From Octopus sinensis (lineage: Eukaryota), in the NCBI RefSeq assembly GCF_006345805.1, contig NC_043020.1, positions 30,318,001 through 30,382,000 of the forward strand: 64,000 bases of DNA, written 5' to 3'. This document shows, piece by piece, positions 40,771 to 54,517 of the stretch (positions are counted from its first letter, which is position 1; every line of letters begins with the position of its first letter). A program made the position numbers and the translations under genes. The notes beneath the pieces were generated by a model. That model made no database searches, had not been told where the DNA came from, and saw nothing but the letters and a program-made list of their open reading frames with translations.

Positions 40771-41628
40771 AACTAGAGCCTGGAAAACAAGCCTCATCTT
40801 GGAAGATCTGGGGAGCTTGATGAGGACGTCCCATTATAACTGTTGAAGAACTAGCAGAGAAGCTTGGTTTTAGTCATCCGACCATTCTTCAACACTGGAG
40901 TGCCACCAGGAAAGTCAGTGAATTGGGTCAGTGGGTTCCTCACAAACTTTCCGAGTCTAATCGAGCGCATAGAGTGAATGTGTGCTCTTCTTTGCTGTCA
41001 TGTCCTTTTTGGACTGAATAGTGACAAGAAATGGGAAAGGAGAAACACTGGCACCCCAGGCTAAAGAAGGTCTTCACCCATGTAAAGTGTTGTTATCTGT
41101 TTGGTGGGATACGAAAGGTTTAGTCCACTTTGAACTTTCAAACCCAAACCAAATGATAAGAAAGGGGATCTATTGCGAGCAGCTTGGACGGCTTAAGTCA
41201 GCGCTAGAAGCAAAATGACCATCTTTGGTTTCAAGATGAAAAGTGTTCTTCCATCAGGATAATGCTCGGCCACATACAGCAAAGCTGACATTCCAAAGGC
41301 TGGAGCAGTTTGAATAAGAAACAATGCCCAACCTACCATATTTACTGGTCATTGCTTTATCTGAATATCATTTATTCTGCATTCTTCAAAATCATTTGGA
41401 TGTAAAAAAATATGAATTCTGTAGATGAGGTTAGAACAGTACTGGCGGAGTATTTTTCATTACAGACAAGTGAATTATGGAAGAAGGGCCTTGCAAGTCT
41501 ACCAGATAGGTGGAAGGTCATTGTAGAAAATGAAGGAGAGTATATGTTAGATCAAAAATGAACTTTATCTTAATTTTGAAAAATAGAAGAAGTATAAAAC
41601 ACCGCATTACTTATGTGATAACCTGAGA
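40771..41628 (+). mobile_element. Decayed mariner (D34D) transposon, 5'-truncated, internal deletion
   Basis: LGQWVPHKL, KVLLSVWWD, FHQDNARPH, then 34 codons to S-E-YHLF (D to E), DRWKVIVENEGEY; stops and frameshifts; GDEKW segment missing; right TIR-like GCATTACTTATGTGATAACCT then (TA)n. Confidence 0.9.
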
Positions 41629-42158
41629 TATATATATATATATATATATATATGCATCTGTACATGTGTGTGTATATATATATATATATATACACACACA
41701 TGTATTGATCGTAGCATTATACACACACACACACACACCTACCTAAATGATGCTGCCAATAATGAATAATGTATATATGAGATTATAATCAATATATTCT
41801 ATATAAAATTGATGGCAGCCAGCTTCAGTCGTTGCAATGAGGAACTGTATTCTACCAGTTTTATTGGATATTATGATACTATTATATATCAACCACATAT
41901 GATACTGTCATAGTTCAGGAATACGTGTGGGTGTGCGTATGGGTGGGTGTGTGTGTGCACATATGTATATACACACGCATGCACATATACATACACTTAC
42001 ATATACAGAATAGTTATATATACATATATATATATATACATGTGTATGTGTGTATATATATGTGTGTATATATATATATGTGTGTGTGTATATATATATA
42101 TATATATGACAGCCAACACATATAACCATACACATACATAAACGTATATTTGTGTGTA

Positions 42159-42208
<50 letters not shown>

Positions 42209-42221
42209 TATATATATATAC

Positions 42222-42267
<46 letters not shown>

Positions 42268-42804
42268 GCATATGTGTTTGTATGTATATGTATGTGTATA
42301 TATATATATATATATAAATATACATATACAAATGTGTGTGTGTGTGGTGTTAGTTGTGAATCTCTATTCTACACCCAAAACTAGAACATTAACGTTAAAC
42401 CATTATTTACAATCCCAATGACTTGTTGACTTGTAATTAATTGAATAACGAAGTCAGGACAGACATTTCTTTCATCTGTCAAAATATATCACTGTTGTTT
42501 TACTTTTATTTTTCATTTTTATCTTTTCTTTGTTGGCTTCTTGCATCTTGGATTTCAGACACACACACACACACACACACAGAACACACACACACACACA
42601 CCAGAACACACACACACACACACAGTACATGTATATATTGACACAGACACACACACACATATATATACGCACAGACACACACACACATATATACACATAC
42701 CTAAATATATTTAACTGTCATCCTATTTCACCACTAAGTGTAAGTGATGTTTTTAGATGAGAAATTAAGACATTTTACCCTCAGTCTCAAAATACTTCAT
42801 CCAA

Positions 42805-42845
<41 letters not shown>

Positions 42846-43538
42846 CTCTGAATCCGGTCTATCCCCTCCCCGCCCTCCACCCCCCACTTTGCATTAGAAA
42901 TCTGGAAATCTGAGACCATTTCATTGGGACCTGACAATTGATTGGAAACAGATAAGTCTGTCTCTTATTCATTCTCTGTCAGTTTCAATCAACCTGATTC
43001 TTCCTCAATCTCTCCTCATCTCTACATTTCCCTCTCTTTCTCTCTCTCTCTCAACACACACACACACACACATACATATGTACATACACACACACACACA
43101 CATGTACACATATATACATATCTCAATACACACATACACACATACGTATATACATGCATATACATATACATGTATATGTGTATCCATATATATGTATTCA
43201 TACTTATGTATATATTTTTTATCTCTTTTATGTGTTTCAGCCATGTGGCTGCGGTCATACTGGAGCACCACCACTACATTGTGCCCTCTCCACTGCCCTC
43301 TTGTATGGCCAATTTCTTTTGCATGGTTGGATGTCATATCATCACTTTTGCATGTGCTGTATCCTTGGTTATTGGCTCATTTGGTGTAAGAAGGAATTTG
43401 TGTATATAGGTGTGTACATGTGGCAATCTTTTCTGTGTCATAGAATTGGACCACTTCAAGTGCTGCTGTTGGTTTGACCACTATGCAATGACCACAGCTG
43501 AAAGCAATGGTCCAGGCAGCCAAGAACAGAGGGCTTCC

Positions 43539-43738
43539 TGGCAGACGAGCTGGCAGAATCGTTAGCATGCAGGGCAAAATGCTTAGTGGCATTTCGTCTG
43601 CCGCTACATTCTGAGTTCAAATTCCGCCGAGGTCAACTTTGCCTTCCATCCTTTTGGGGTCGATGTAATTGACTTAATCCCTTTGTCTGTCCTTGTTTGT
43701 CCCCTCTATATTTATCCCCTTGTGGGTAATAAAGAAAT
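43539..43738 (+). mobile_element. Family M SINE with 17-bp TSD and 32-bp internal deletion
   Basis: AAGAACAGAGGGCTTCC at 43522-43538 and 43739-43755. Confidence 0.9.
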
Positions 43739-45528
43739 AAGAACAGAGGGCTTCCACAGCATCATTAATACTTCTCAGTCTATTCTCCTGATGGAGTCTC
43801 GTGTCCATCCTGCCAATTGTCTACCCTTTGTTGCCATCTTGGTAATGTTCACAAGAAAAACGATGCTTCATCACACATGCCTATCACTGCCTCTGACTCT
43901 GGGACTGTTGTGCCTCCAGGTCTTCTATATACTGGTTGTGGTACATTTATGAGCTGACAATGCAATGCTTGGAATTTTCCCAACAAGTATATTGCATTTC
44001 AGGTCCTGCCGCATAATGAGTGGACACAACAAAGAGTTGAGAAGATATTCTTTAGTCTTGTTGAGGACATGATAACCTCTCTCAAGCTGATGCAGGAAAA
44101 CACATCCAGGGCACACTGTTAAATGGTTGGTGACAGGAAGAGCACCCAGGCATTGAAACCAAACCCAAAATGAAACATACAAGCGAGAAAGGGTCCTTTG
44201 AGCTGTATTGAAAGGTAATATGTCTGAATAGGAACTGGTTTGATGATCTGCCCAGCTTATGCTGGCATAGGTTGTTGGGCAGATGTAGAAATCATGGGTT
44301 GGTTGTAAATGAGCATCACCGTCATACAAGTGGGGTGGTTTGTTTATAATCTTCCATGGAAAACATGTCTGGCCATGGGGAAATATTATCTTATTTTGAG
44401 CCTTGATGACAGTGCTGGCACCTGGCTGTAGAAAATCTGTCTCAATGGTTTCCTTCTGAGCCAAGTAAGTATGGGAAAGGGGTCGTTAAAATGAAGAAGA
44501 TGATGATATATGTAAATTGGTATTAGGGAGGGCATCCATCTGTAGAGACTTTGCCAAAGCAATTAATGGAGCCCAACACATCCTTTGGACAAATCAGATC
44601 CTGTCCAACACATGCCAGCATGGAAAAACAGACGTTAAAGGATAATGCTGCTGCTGATGATGAAATACATGTGAGTGTGTGTGTGTGTGTGGTGTGTGTG
44701 TGAGTGAGTGTATGTGTGAGTGAGTGTGTGTGTGTTTCTGTATTTACGTTTACACCAACCTGAAAAACCAATGTTTAACAAATTTAACACGTTTAGAAAG
44801 AATTGTTCCTTTTTAGAGAAATCACACTTTTGCATCGATTCTTCAAACAATTTTTACACTTCTACATGAATTCTTCAAACAAAGATTCAAACATTTTTAG
44901 TAGGAAACCCTGAATATGTTAGTTTGCAAGGAAATGTCCTTGAAAAACGTCAATATAAATCGAAGAATTAAAAAAAAAAAATCCAAAAGAATAAAGAAAG
45001 TAAAAGAAAAATATGCAAAGTTTCCCTAAAATTCAAAAATATTGTATTGTAAGCTAATTAATTGGCAAGTAAATCTAGTTCAGTTGCTTTTATGTCCTTT
45101 CTTTCAGTTCCCGAGGTTCTGAATTCTTCAAATTCTAACAAGAAATAGCAAAAATATTTTAAAATAGATTTTTAATAAATTAATAGCATTTCACATTTCA
45201 CTTTTGTTTGTTCCATTTAAAAACTTTCAAAGAATTTCACCGAAGGCGTTTTCGACGTCAGCGAAGCCTGCTACCCGGATGAAATATATTATATAGCAAA
45301 AGGAAAGGTTTATGGCTTGTACACAATTTTGTGGCTCAGCAAAATGGGTAGAGTTGATTTTTAATGATTTTCTTCACTTTCTTTCAGTTTTGTTTTTGTT
45401 GTCATTTTTTTTTCATTTTATTGAAATGCTTTCATTATATATATATATATATAATATATATACACAATATACATATATATATACATATACATACATATTA
45501 TATATAAATTTATATATATATATATTAT

Positions 45529-45560
<32 letters not shown>

Positions 45561-45586
45561 CATATACATACATATATATATTATAA

Positions 45587-45627
<41 letters not shown>

Positions 45628-45650
45628 ATACATATACTACATAATAATAA

Positions 45651-45686
<36 letters not shown>

Positions 45687-45699
45687 CATATATATACAT

Positions 45700-45779
<80 letters not shown>

Positions 45780-46279
45780 TATATATATATATATATATAA
45801 ATTTATATATAATATATATAATATATTTTAAGAGGGTGTTCATAATTCTGCCATTGTACAATAAATATATGAGTAAGTGAATACAGAATATAAATAAATT
45901 AAAAATGCTGCAACATAGAGTGTATATCAATTCTACTGAATATTTTAGAATAAGAAAAAAAAAAGGATTAAAATAGGTGACATGCAACTATATACACACA
46001 TACACACACTGACAATGATACATACACACAGTTGTGAGCGCGTGTGTATATGTGTGCAACATTCATTGATTTTTACATCAATTAAAATAGTTTAAGAGAG
46101 TAGTGTGATATTTTTAGGTTCATTTTAAAATCTTCAGTGAATAGTAAAAGGATGGAACAAAAAAAAAATAGAATTTTGCTTTCAGATACAAATCGGAGCA
46201 GACAATTATCGTTTGTTCGTTTGTCCGTTCATTTTTATGTGTGTTTCCCCATGCATGTATGGGTTACATGTTATGTTCC

Positions 46280-46630
46280 CTCTTTTACGTGTTTCAGTCA
46301 TTAGACTGTGGCCATGCTGGGGCACTGTCTTGAATGGATTTCGTTGGATGGATCAATTCCAAGACTTATTTTTAAAGCCTGGTACTTATTCTATCAATCT
46401 CTTTTGCCAAAACTCTCAGCAAATCAACACTGCTCCTCAAGCAATGGCGACAAACACACACACACCTACATTTATATGATGGGCCTCTTTCCGTTTCCTT
46501 ATACAAAATCCACTCATAAGGCTTTGGCTATCCAAGGCTATAGTAGAAGACGCTTGCTCAAGGTGTCACATAGTGAGACTGAACCCAGAACCATGTGGTT
46601 GGGAAGCAAGCTACTTATCACACAGCCATG
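46280..46630 (-). mobile_element. Family C SINE
   Basis: Reverse complement homology to 936-1304. Confidence 0.75.
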
Positions 46631-47329
46631 CCATACATATTACTGTGGAATTGTTTTACAACCAAGTGCTCTTCCTGCAGCTAACCCTTACCTGTTTTCA
46701 AATGAGGCATTTTTCGTTCTTACATGTCTCTGAAAGTGCAGAGCTACTGGATGATTTGCTGATAATGAAGACTGCTGACTGCAGCTCATACAATCACACA
46801 GCACCAACGTTTGCACACACATGTGCACACACACACATGAATGCAAGTGTATTCTACTATAGTCCAGGGCCAACCAATGCCTTGTTGGTGAATTTGGTGA
46901 AGAATTTGGTAGACAAGAAACTGTTTGGAAATCACATGTGTGTGTGCGTGTGTGTGTGCATGTGTGTGTCTTGACATCATCTGATGAGTGTCACTGTCAT
47001 AGAAGCAATGCCATTCATGTCCAATATTCTGTGGAAGCAAGTCTGGCCATGGGGGAAACAGGTGAGGGTTGGTGACAGGAAGGGCATCCGGCCGTAGAGA
47101 CAATATCCCTCAAACTCAGTCCGACCCCTGGAAACAAACACAAAGTGAACATAAAATGATGATGATGATGTTTTGAAGACTAGAAAGGTGTCCCGTATAT
47201 CCAGCCCCTTTTCTTTATACAGTAAAGAATGGTTTAAGGGCTATTTTGATGATATTTCTAACAGGCTGACCACCCAGTGGTCATACAGAGCCACTATCAT
47301 ATTGTGATGTGCACAATGCAGTACCCAAT

Positions 47330-47625
47330 CAGGACCATCTTAACAGCGTTATAGACTGCAATGCAAATCAAGGCACTGTGGGGTCACAGCATACACAGAC
47401 CAGAATTGAGGGCACAGATCAGTGAGGCCCTCAGGTAAATCAATGCACTAGACCCAATAGTATTTATTTATTGACAGCAAACCCATGCATAAATCAGAAT
47501 TGGCTCCCTAGACCCATGAGACCCCTAGGCAGTTCAATACATTGTGAGCCCTATACTATTTATTCATTGGTAGCAAGCCACAGCATCCATAAATCAGAAT
47601 TGGGTCCCTAAACCCATATGGCCAT
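47330..47625 (+). repeat. ~90-100-bp minisatellite, same family as 60030-60500
   Basis: CCCTAGAC..AAATCAATGCACT..TATTCATTG(A/G)(C/T)AGCAAGCCACAGCAT..AATTGGGTCC units. Confidence 0.7.
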
Positions 47626-47719
47626 CCCTTCCTCCATCCATCTTTTCCACCCACTATTTCTGGGCGAGTGATGGGCTTAGGTCCTTCCATCATAGGGTCC
47701 TTCCTTCTTAGGGTCCTAT

Positions 47720-48020
47720 TAGAAGTAACCATCATTGGACTTTATGGTTGGATTCCCAAGCATGACCGAAACTATGGGTCTATCATCCAACCCTGTCATT
47801 CTTGGTCTGCTCCTTAGTTTCTTGCAAGTTGGTTTGGTTTGCAGAATCCATTTTGCGATTCTTTTCTGCAACATTTTAATGCCATGTCTGTGGTGTAAGA
47901 GCTGTGATATCTCAAAGTGGGGAAGTAACAGCCTGGCCTGGAGAGATTCTTTGATCTCTGAACTGCAGACCTTCTCCAGTAATGTTATTCCAGTGGTCAT
48001 TGGCAGAAACCTCATTTTGG
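47720..48020 (-). mobile_element. RTE (Expander/Rex3-like) ORF2 C-terminal fragment
   Basis: SLQARLLLPHFEISQLLHHRHGIKMLQKRIAKWILQTKPTCKKLRSRPRM matches VEPLLL.IERSQLRW.GH..RM......GKRPRGRPR; homologous to 58660-58930. Confidence 0.75.
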
Positions 48021-49939
48021 CTGCTTGTATTCATAATTATCCTCTTTCAGTTATTACCCAGCATCCATGACCCTGGGTGAGGAGAGGCACCAAGATTAGA
48101 TTGAAGATAGCAAGTTTGGTTTTTTTTGTTTTTTTTTTTACCAATTTCTTCTCTTTTGAGGATTGAATGCTGGAATTGGTGCATTACTGTGCCAGCACCC
48201 AGAGTCCTTGCATCCCATTCAGTCCAGTGTCCCTAATGCCTTAAGATGGCACTGCACTCAATCGAAATGTGAGAATCAGAATCCAGTGTCACTCCAAGAA
48301 GTTTATGAACTGGACGACTTCTATTAGTCAGCAGCAAAAACAATAAATTAAATAAAAAATAATAAAAAACACGGGTGAAGAAATAATGAAAAAAGAAAAG
48401 ATAAAATTAGAATTCAGAATTCTTGAATTGAAAGTCCGTTGCAAGATAAATTAGAGAAATAGAGAAATTCCTTTCTTTCTAAGACAAATTCCACATTAAT
48501 TCCACATTTCTTTTTTTATTATTATACATACAGACACAGACACACATACAGACACACACACATACACACACACCAAATCAATAAATCAATACAGCAAATC
48601 AATCAATCATATAAATAAATAAATAACAAAATAAGATAAACAAAACAAATAAACAATCTGTTCAATATTTAATTTAACATGTGGAGAAGAAAACAGAAAG
48701 GAACGGAATATTTTTGACTCAGGAGCTTATTTTGACATTTTTACAGATTCCACAACATAATAGGTTTATTAATAAAAACAAAACACAAATAATAATAATG
48801 ATAATAATAACAACAACAGCAACAATAATGATGATGATGATAATAATAATAATAATACAGTAAAAAAAAAAAAATTTAATAAAACAGAGAGAGAGACAGA
48901 CAGACAGACAATGGTATTTCTGAGAAATATAGGAAAGATAATTGAAATTTTGATTATCTAATACAATTTCAATGAAAAAGCAACTCCGCTTCCTGGTATT
49001 TCTTTCTTTTAGAGGACTCAACACCAACCCAGTCGCCCACCCTCCGACCCCTACCTCCATCCAATTCTTGATTTTCTCAATAATCTTTTGTTTCCTTAAT
49101 GTCTGTTATTGTTAGTGTTGTTGTTGTAAGTGGTGGTGGTGTTAGACAAAATGGCATTTTCTACTTCGGAACAAACAATGAAAAATAATGATATAAGATG
49201 TGATGGAGGAAAATAGATAGCGAAAGGAGGGGGGGGGGAGAAAAACAAAAATACCTCCCCCCCCACTCACACACTTCATTCTCTTCAAAATTAATGAAAT
49301 AATTTTTGATTTTGATACACACAAAACATTATTTTTATTACACACGAATGATGATGATGATGATGAAGATAACGATGTATTTTTGCAACAACCAGATATA
49401 CTCTGCCACCCAAACACATCCCTGTTACACACAACTTCATTCATCTTCCACACGAGACACATCTTGTTACATATATATTTATGTTACACGAAACCCATGA
49501 CACAAAGATATTCCTGTCACACAAACATTTTCTTGTCTCAAACAGTTGACTTCTTTCAGTAAAAAGTATTTTACACATTAACACACACACACACACACAC
49601 GCATTCCCCACAGGAATTAATTCCATGTCGAAACACTTTGAGGTCGTGTTTACTTCATGAAACACTTCCATCCACTAGTATACAAGAGTGTCCATTGTTT
49701 TGGTACATTGGTTATATCTATTCAATCCCATGTGATTGTTAGTCACACAGGGATGCTGTCTCTTCTACACCACCTGATGAGAAATAGAGATCTCAAAACA
49801 GAAAACTTGTTATGAAGTATAACCTCATATATTTCCTTTATGCTGTAATTTTAGAAATTAGCTCTTTCCATCTAGCTTTTTCAGGAGTTGAACCAGTTGA
49901 ATGCTGTGTCATACAGGTAGTGAGAACACAAACACACAC

Positions 49940-50210
49940 ACATCATCATCGTTTAACATCCGTTCTCCATGCTAGCATGGGTTGGACGGTTCGACCAGGG
50001 TCTGGGAAGCCAGGAGGCTGCACTAGGCTCCAGTCTGATCTGGCAGTGTTTCTACAGCTGGATGCCCTTCCTAATGCCACCCACTCCGTACATGTAGTGA
50101 GTGTTTTTTACGTGCCACCGGTACAGGTGTCAGGGGAGGCTGGCAACGGCCACGATCGGTTGGTGCTTTTTACGAGCCACTGGCACGGAAGCCAGTCAAG
50201 GCAGCACTGG
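49940..50210 (-). mobile_element. RTE 3'-end copy
   Basis: High identity to 604-935. Confidence 0.8.
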
Positions 50211-50547
50211 CGCATATGTAGAAAAACCTTGCAAGAGTGGAGAGAAATGATGAGAACTTCTGGGGTTGTTGATTAGAAATCAATCTGTCTGTAAGCCTTG
50301 TGTGGTCGAGAAGTTGTGGGAAAAGCATCTGATGAAATACAAGGGCAAGGCATACTGTTTCACTCGGCTGAACTTTGGACAGAACACTGCAAAATATCAC
50401 AGAGACAGTGTTCAAGACAATGTCGAGGAAAGTGAACAGAATGAAAAGAGCTAATTTGGACAAATATTTAGATGTTCAGACATTTTACACACATATTTTG
50501 GTGGACGAAATGGTGGTGGCAAAGGTCATAAGCTATAGGTTATCAGA

Positions 50548-50770
50548 AAAGGCGGCGAGATGGCAGAAACGTTAGCACGCCGGACGAAATGCTTAGTGGT
50601 ATTTCGTCTGCCGCTACGTTCTGAGTTCAAATTCTGCCGAGGTCGACTTTGCGTTTCATCCTTTTGGGGTCGATTAAATAAGTACCAGTTACGCACTGGG
50701 GTTCAATATAATCGACTTAATCTGTTTGTCCCCTCTGTGTTTAGCCCCTTGTGGGCAGTAAAGAAATAAG
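50548..50770 (+). mobile_element. Family M SINE, full length
   Basis: High identity to 11773-12002; 10-bp hairpin GACGAAATGC/GTATTTCGTC between the A and B boxes. Confidence 0.85.
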
Positions 50771-51366
50771 AAAAGACTTGGATTGACTTCAAAACTACTG
50801 GAATTGATGGAAGGGGGAACAACATTAGGGCAGAAGCTGAAGAAAGGGCAAGAAAGCTGATATTTTAGAGGGTGGTTAAACATTGTGACCAGTGACATTC
50901 ATTTGATCCTGGATTGAGTGCACACGAGATGGGAAAGTTTAGGGCAAAAGACAATACTGAAAGAGATTAGCAGTTGATATCAAGCACCATTGAGAAGGGT
51001 TGCATCTCTCAAGGATCTGCTATGGATGCTGATAAGCAGCTGTACAGGAAGAGATTCAGTTTTCTTTGAAGAGGTGTCAGTTGAAACATGTTGGCCATTT
51101 TCAAAGAAACATTAAATTCTGTTGGTCAACAGAACAACAAGTTTAGGCTCCATTCATCTCCTCAACGATGGACATGTCTTCAGCCCCTACCTCCCCTGCT
51201 GACTTGAGGTGGGTTCCATCGGTTTCTTTCCATCCCCATCACCTGTCCTCTATCTCTGCCCATCACATTCTATATTACCTTCTCCCTGTAAAAAATCACT
51301 TTACACAAAAGCAAATTAACACAAAATATAAAATGTCCGTCCGTCCATCCTTCCATCTATCTATCA

Positions 51367-51400
<34 letters not shown>

Positions 51401-51404
51401 CATT

Positions 51405-51590
51405 ATCATCATCATTTAGTGTCTGCTTTCCATGCTGGCATGGGTTGAACGGCCTTAACCAGAGCTGGCAAGCTGGGGAGCTGCACCAGGTTCCAGTCTG
51501 ATTTGGCATGGTTTCTACCGTTGGATGCCCTTCCTTATGCCAACCACATTACAGAGTCCATTGGGTGCTTTTACGTGGCACCTCACGAGT
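51405..51590 (-). mobile_element. RTE 3'-end copy
   Basis: (CAT)n tail and TTGGATGCCCTTCCTTATGCCAAC motif. Confidence 0.7.
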
Positions 51591-52236
51591 GCTTCTATGA
51601 GGCACTGCACATATATGTATACAAACATACATACATATATATATATATACATTTGCATATTTATACACAAACAAACACCATATATATTATTTTCAAAAAA
51701 ATCAATAAATTTGTATTACAGATAGCTGTATACATGTGTATTGATAAACGTACAAGAGATTTACATCCATCCATATTTATACACACACACACATTATATA
51801 TGTATTTGCACACTCAAACACACATATACATACAAGCACATACATACACACATATACACACATACATACAAACATATTTTCCTCATCTGTCATTTGTGCC
51901 TTCACTTATTATTATCATCATCATTGTTGTTGTTGTTGTTGTTGCTTTTGAATTGTTCATGTTGTAAAACTAATTTATCGTGTTATTTTTCCCTGAGTAT
52001 TCAAGCCAAAAATTAACTTCCATAAATAGTCCTTGCTTTCTCTCTTCAATTTTCACCATCTGATTTTTATTTCCTCCCTTTCTCGGCTCCCCTCTTCCAA
52101 CCTCCGCCCCCTCCCCATGACCACCACCACCACCACCATCAGAGGCAATGGTAGCGGAGGCATTGTTGCCATTGTCAATCTTCTCACATATTTCCTTTTT
52201 TCATATATATATTATATATGTGTGTATGTATGTCAA

Positions 52237-52284
<48 letters not shown>

Positions 52285-53042
52285 TATATATGTACATATT
52301 TTTATACACATACACACATATATATATCATATATATATATATACATACAAATATAGATATATACGCACACGTGTATATATATGTATTTATGTGTATATAT
52401 GTATATTTATTTATTGTTCAGATTTTTTTCTCTCGTTATTTTTCGTTGTTAATTTTAACGTAGAAGATTAAGATATTGTAATTGGCATCCTTTAATGGCT
52501 CGGCAATCAATAACGAAAAGCCAAGTTGCTATTTTAAGAAAACCTTTCCATCAACTTATGAAAGTGGTTTCACTTGGAATGAATTTTTAAGAATATATTT
52601 AAAAAATAAAAATTACAAATTAAAAACAAAAATGAAAGAAAATAAATTAAAATCAAAATAAAAAGAAATTGAAATAAAAATAGAAATAATTTCTGATGAA
52701 GGAAAAGAAAGCAAGAAGGAAGGAAAGAAAGAAGGAGAGAAAGAAAGGAAAGAAAGAGGAGAGAAAGAAGAAAGCTGCAGGTAGGAAAGAAAGAAAGAGA
52801 AAAAGAAAGAAGGAATGAGGGGAAAAGAAAGAAAAAGAGAGGGGAAAGAGGAAGAAGAGAGCAAAAATGATGGCAACATTTTTTAAAATAATTTTTTCTG
52901 TTTATTTTTTGATAATTATGATTGGCCATGATTATTTTTATTATTATAATAATTATTATTAACCTCATCCTTATTATTGTTGATGTTTTCATGATTACGG
53001 TTCATATTAATTAGTTTTGGTGTTGTGGTTGTTGCTGTCGTG

Positions 53043-53245
53043 AGGCAGCTGAGCTGGCAGAATGGTTAGCATGCCAGGCATGTCATTTGTCTTTACGTTC
53101 TGAGTTCAAATTCTGCCTTTCATCCTTTTGGGGTCGATAAAATAAGGATCAGTTGAACACTGGGGGTCACTTTAATTAACTTACCCACCCTCATCAAATT
53201 TTCTGGCCTTCTGCCTAAATTTGAAGCCAATATTGATATTTGTTG

Positions 53246-53279
<34 letters not shown>

Positions 53280-54200
53280 GAAAGGTGGCAAGCTGGCAGA
53301 GTGGTCAGCATGCTGGACGAAATGCTTAGCAGCATTTTGTCTGTCTTTACATTCTGAGTTCAAATTCTGCTGAGGTTGACTTTGCCTTTCATCCTTTCGG
53401 GGTCGATAAAATAAGGATCAGTTGAACACCGGGGTCAATGTAATCAACTCATCCCCTGCCCCCAAATTGATGCTATTGTGGCAAAATTTGAAACCATTAT
53501 CATTATTATTACTACTACTACTACTACTACTACTGGGGTGGTGGATCGGCAGAATCATTAGAATGACAGGAAGAACACACTGTGGCGTTTCTTGCTCCTC
53601 TTAAAGTTCTCAGTTCAAATCCCACCAAGGACACCCTTGCTTTTCATCCCTTCACGGTTCAATACAATAAAGAATCGATGAAGCACACAGGTCAGTGATA
53701 TTGGTTAGTTCGCTCTCCTCTAAACTGCTGACCTGCGGCTTTAATCACAGACCATTATTGCCATTATTTGCATGGCTGACCAAACCAAGTTGAACGCTGA
53801 GGTCAGAGTAATCACTGGACAAAATGCTGAGCGGAAGCCTGTCTGTCTGTGTTCTGAGTTCAAATTCTGCTAAAGTCAGTTTTGTCTTTCGTACTTTCAG
53901 GGTTGATAAAACAAGTACCAGTCACATAGTGGGGCTGATGTAATTGAATAACCCCCATCCACCAAAATTTCAAGCCCTTTGCCAAGAGTAGAAACGACAG
54001 GGCAAAACGCTTAGCAGTATTTTGTTCACCTTTATATTCTGAGTTCAAATTCCGCTGAGGTTGACTGAGGCCTTCCATCCTTTCGGGTCCAATAAATTAA
54101 TTACCAGTAATACACTGGTGTTGATGTAACCAACTATTCGCACTCCCTCAAAATTTCAGGCCTTGTGTCTTTAGTAGAAAGAATTATTATTATTATTAGT
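53043..54200 (+). mobile_element. Five head-to-tail family M SINE copies
   Basis: Five GTTCAAAT(T/C)C B-boxes, each followed by a CTTTCATCC..GTCGATAA-like domain, separated by (TTA)n/(CTA)n tails. Confidence 0.75.
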
Positions 54201-54517
54201 CTTGTATGTTCTTCATTATATTTTGTTTGTGTCAGGCAAACAAATAAGCAAAAGCAGATTCCATTCTTTTCCAGGAAGACAAATTAAACATGAACAAAGG
54301 CATTTATGAATATTAATTAGCAAGGAATGGCATTTGTAGAATACAATAATACAGCAGACAAGGAAGCCTCTGGTTGGATCTACTCACACACACGGACACA
54401 CACACACGGACAAACACAGACACACACACACACACATACACACGACTCGTTTTGAAAATCTTATTTGATTTTTGTAAATGAATAACTAAATAAATAAATT
54501 CAAAATTAAAATTCAAT

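Noticed and set aside
49770-49810. CTGATGAGAAATAGAGATCTCAAAAC
   Set aside because: No GAAA after a credible stem II and no stem I partner.
50220-50480. Possible CR1-like C-terminus (..LDKYL)
   Set aside because: Diagnostic WN.LP and RGH motifs cannot be recovered in any frame.
51064-51094. TTGAAGA-GG..TT-GAA-ACATGT-T hammerhead-like string
   Set aside because: Stem II only two wobble pairs, stem I essentially absent, no (TA)n tail; too weak.
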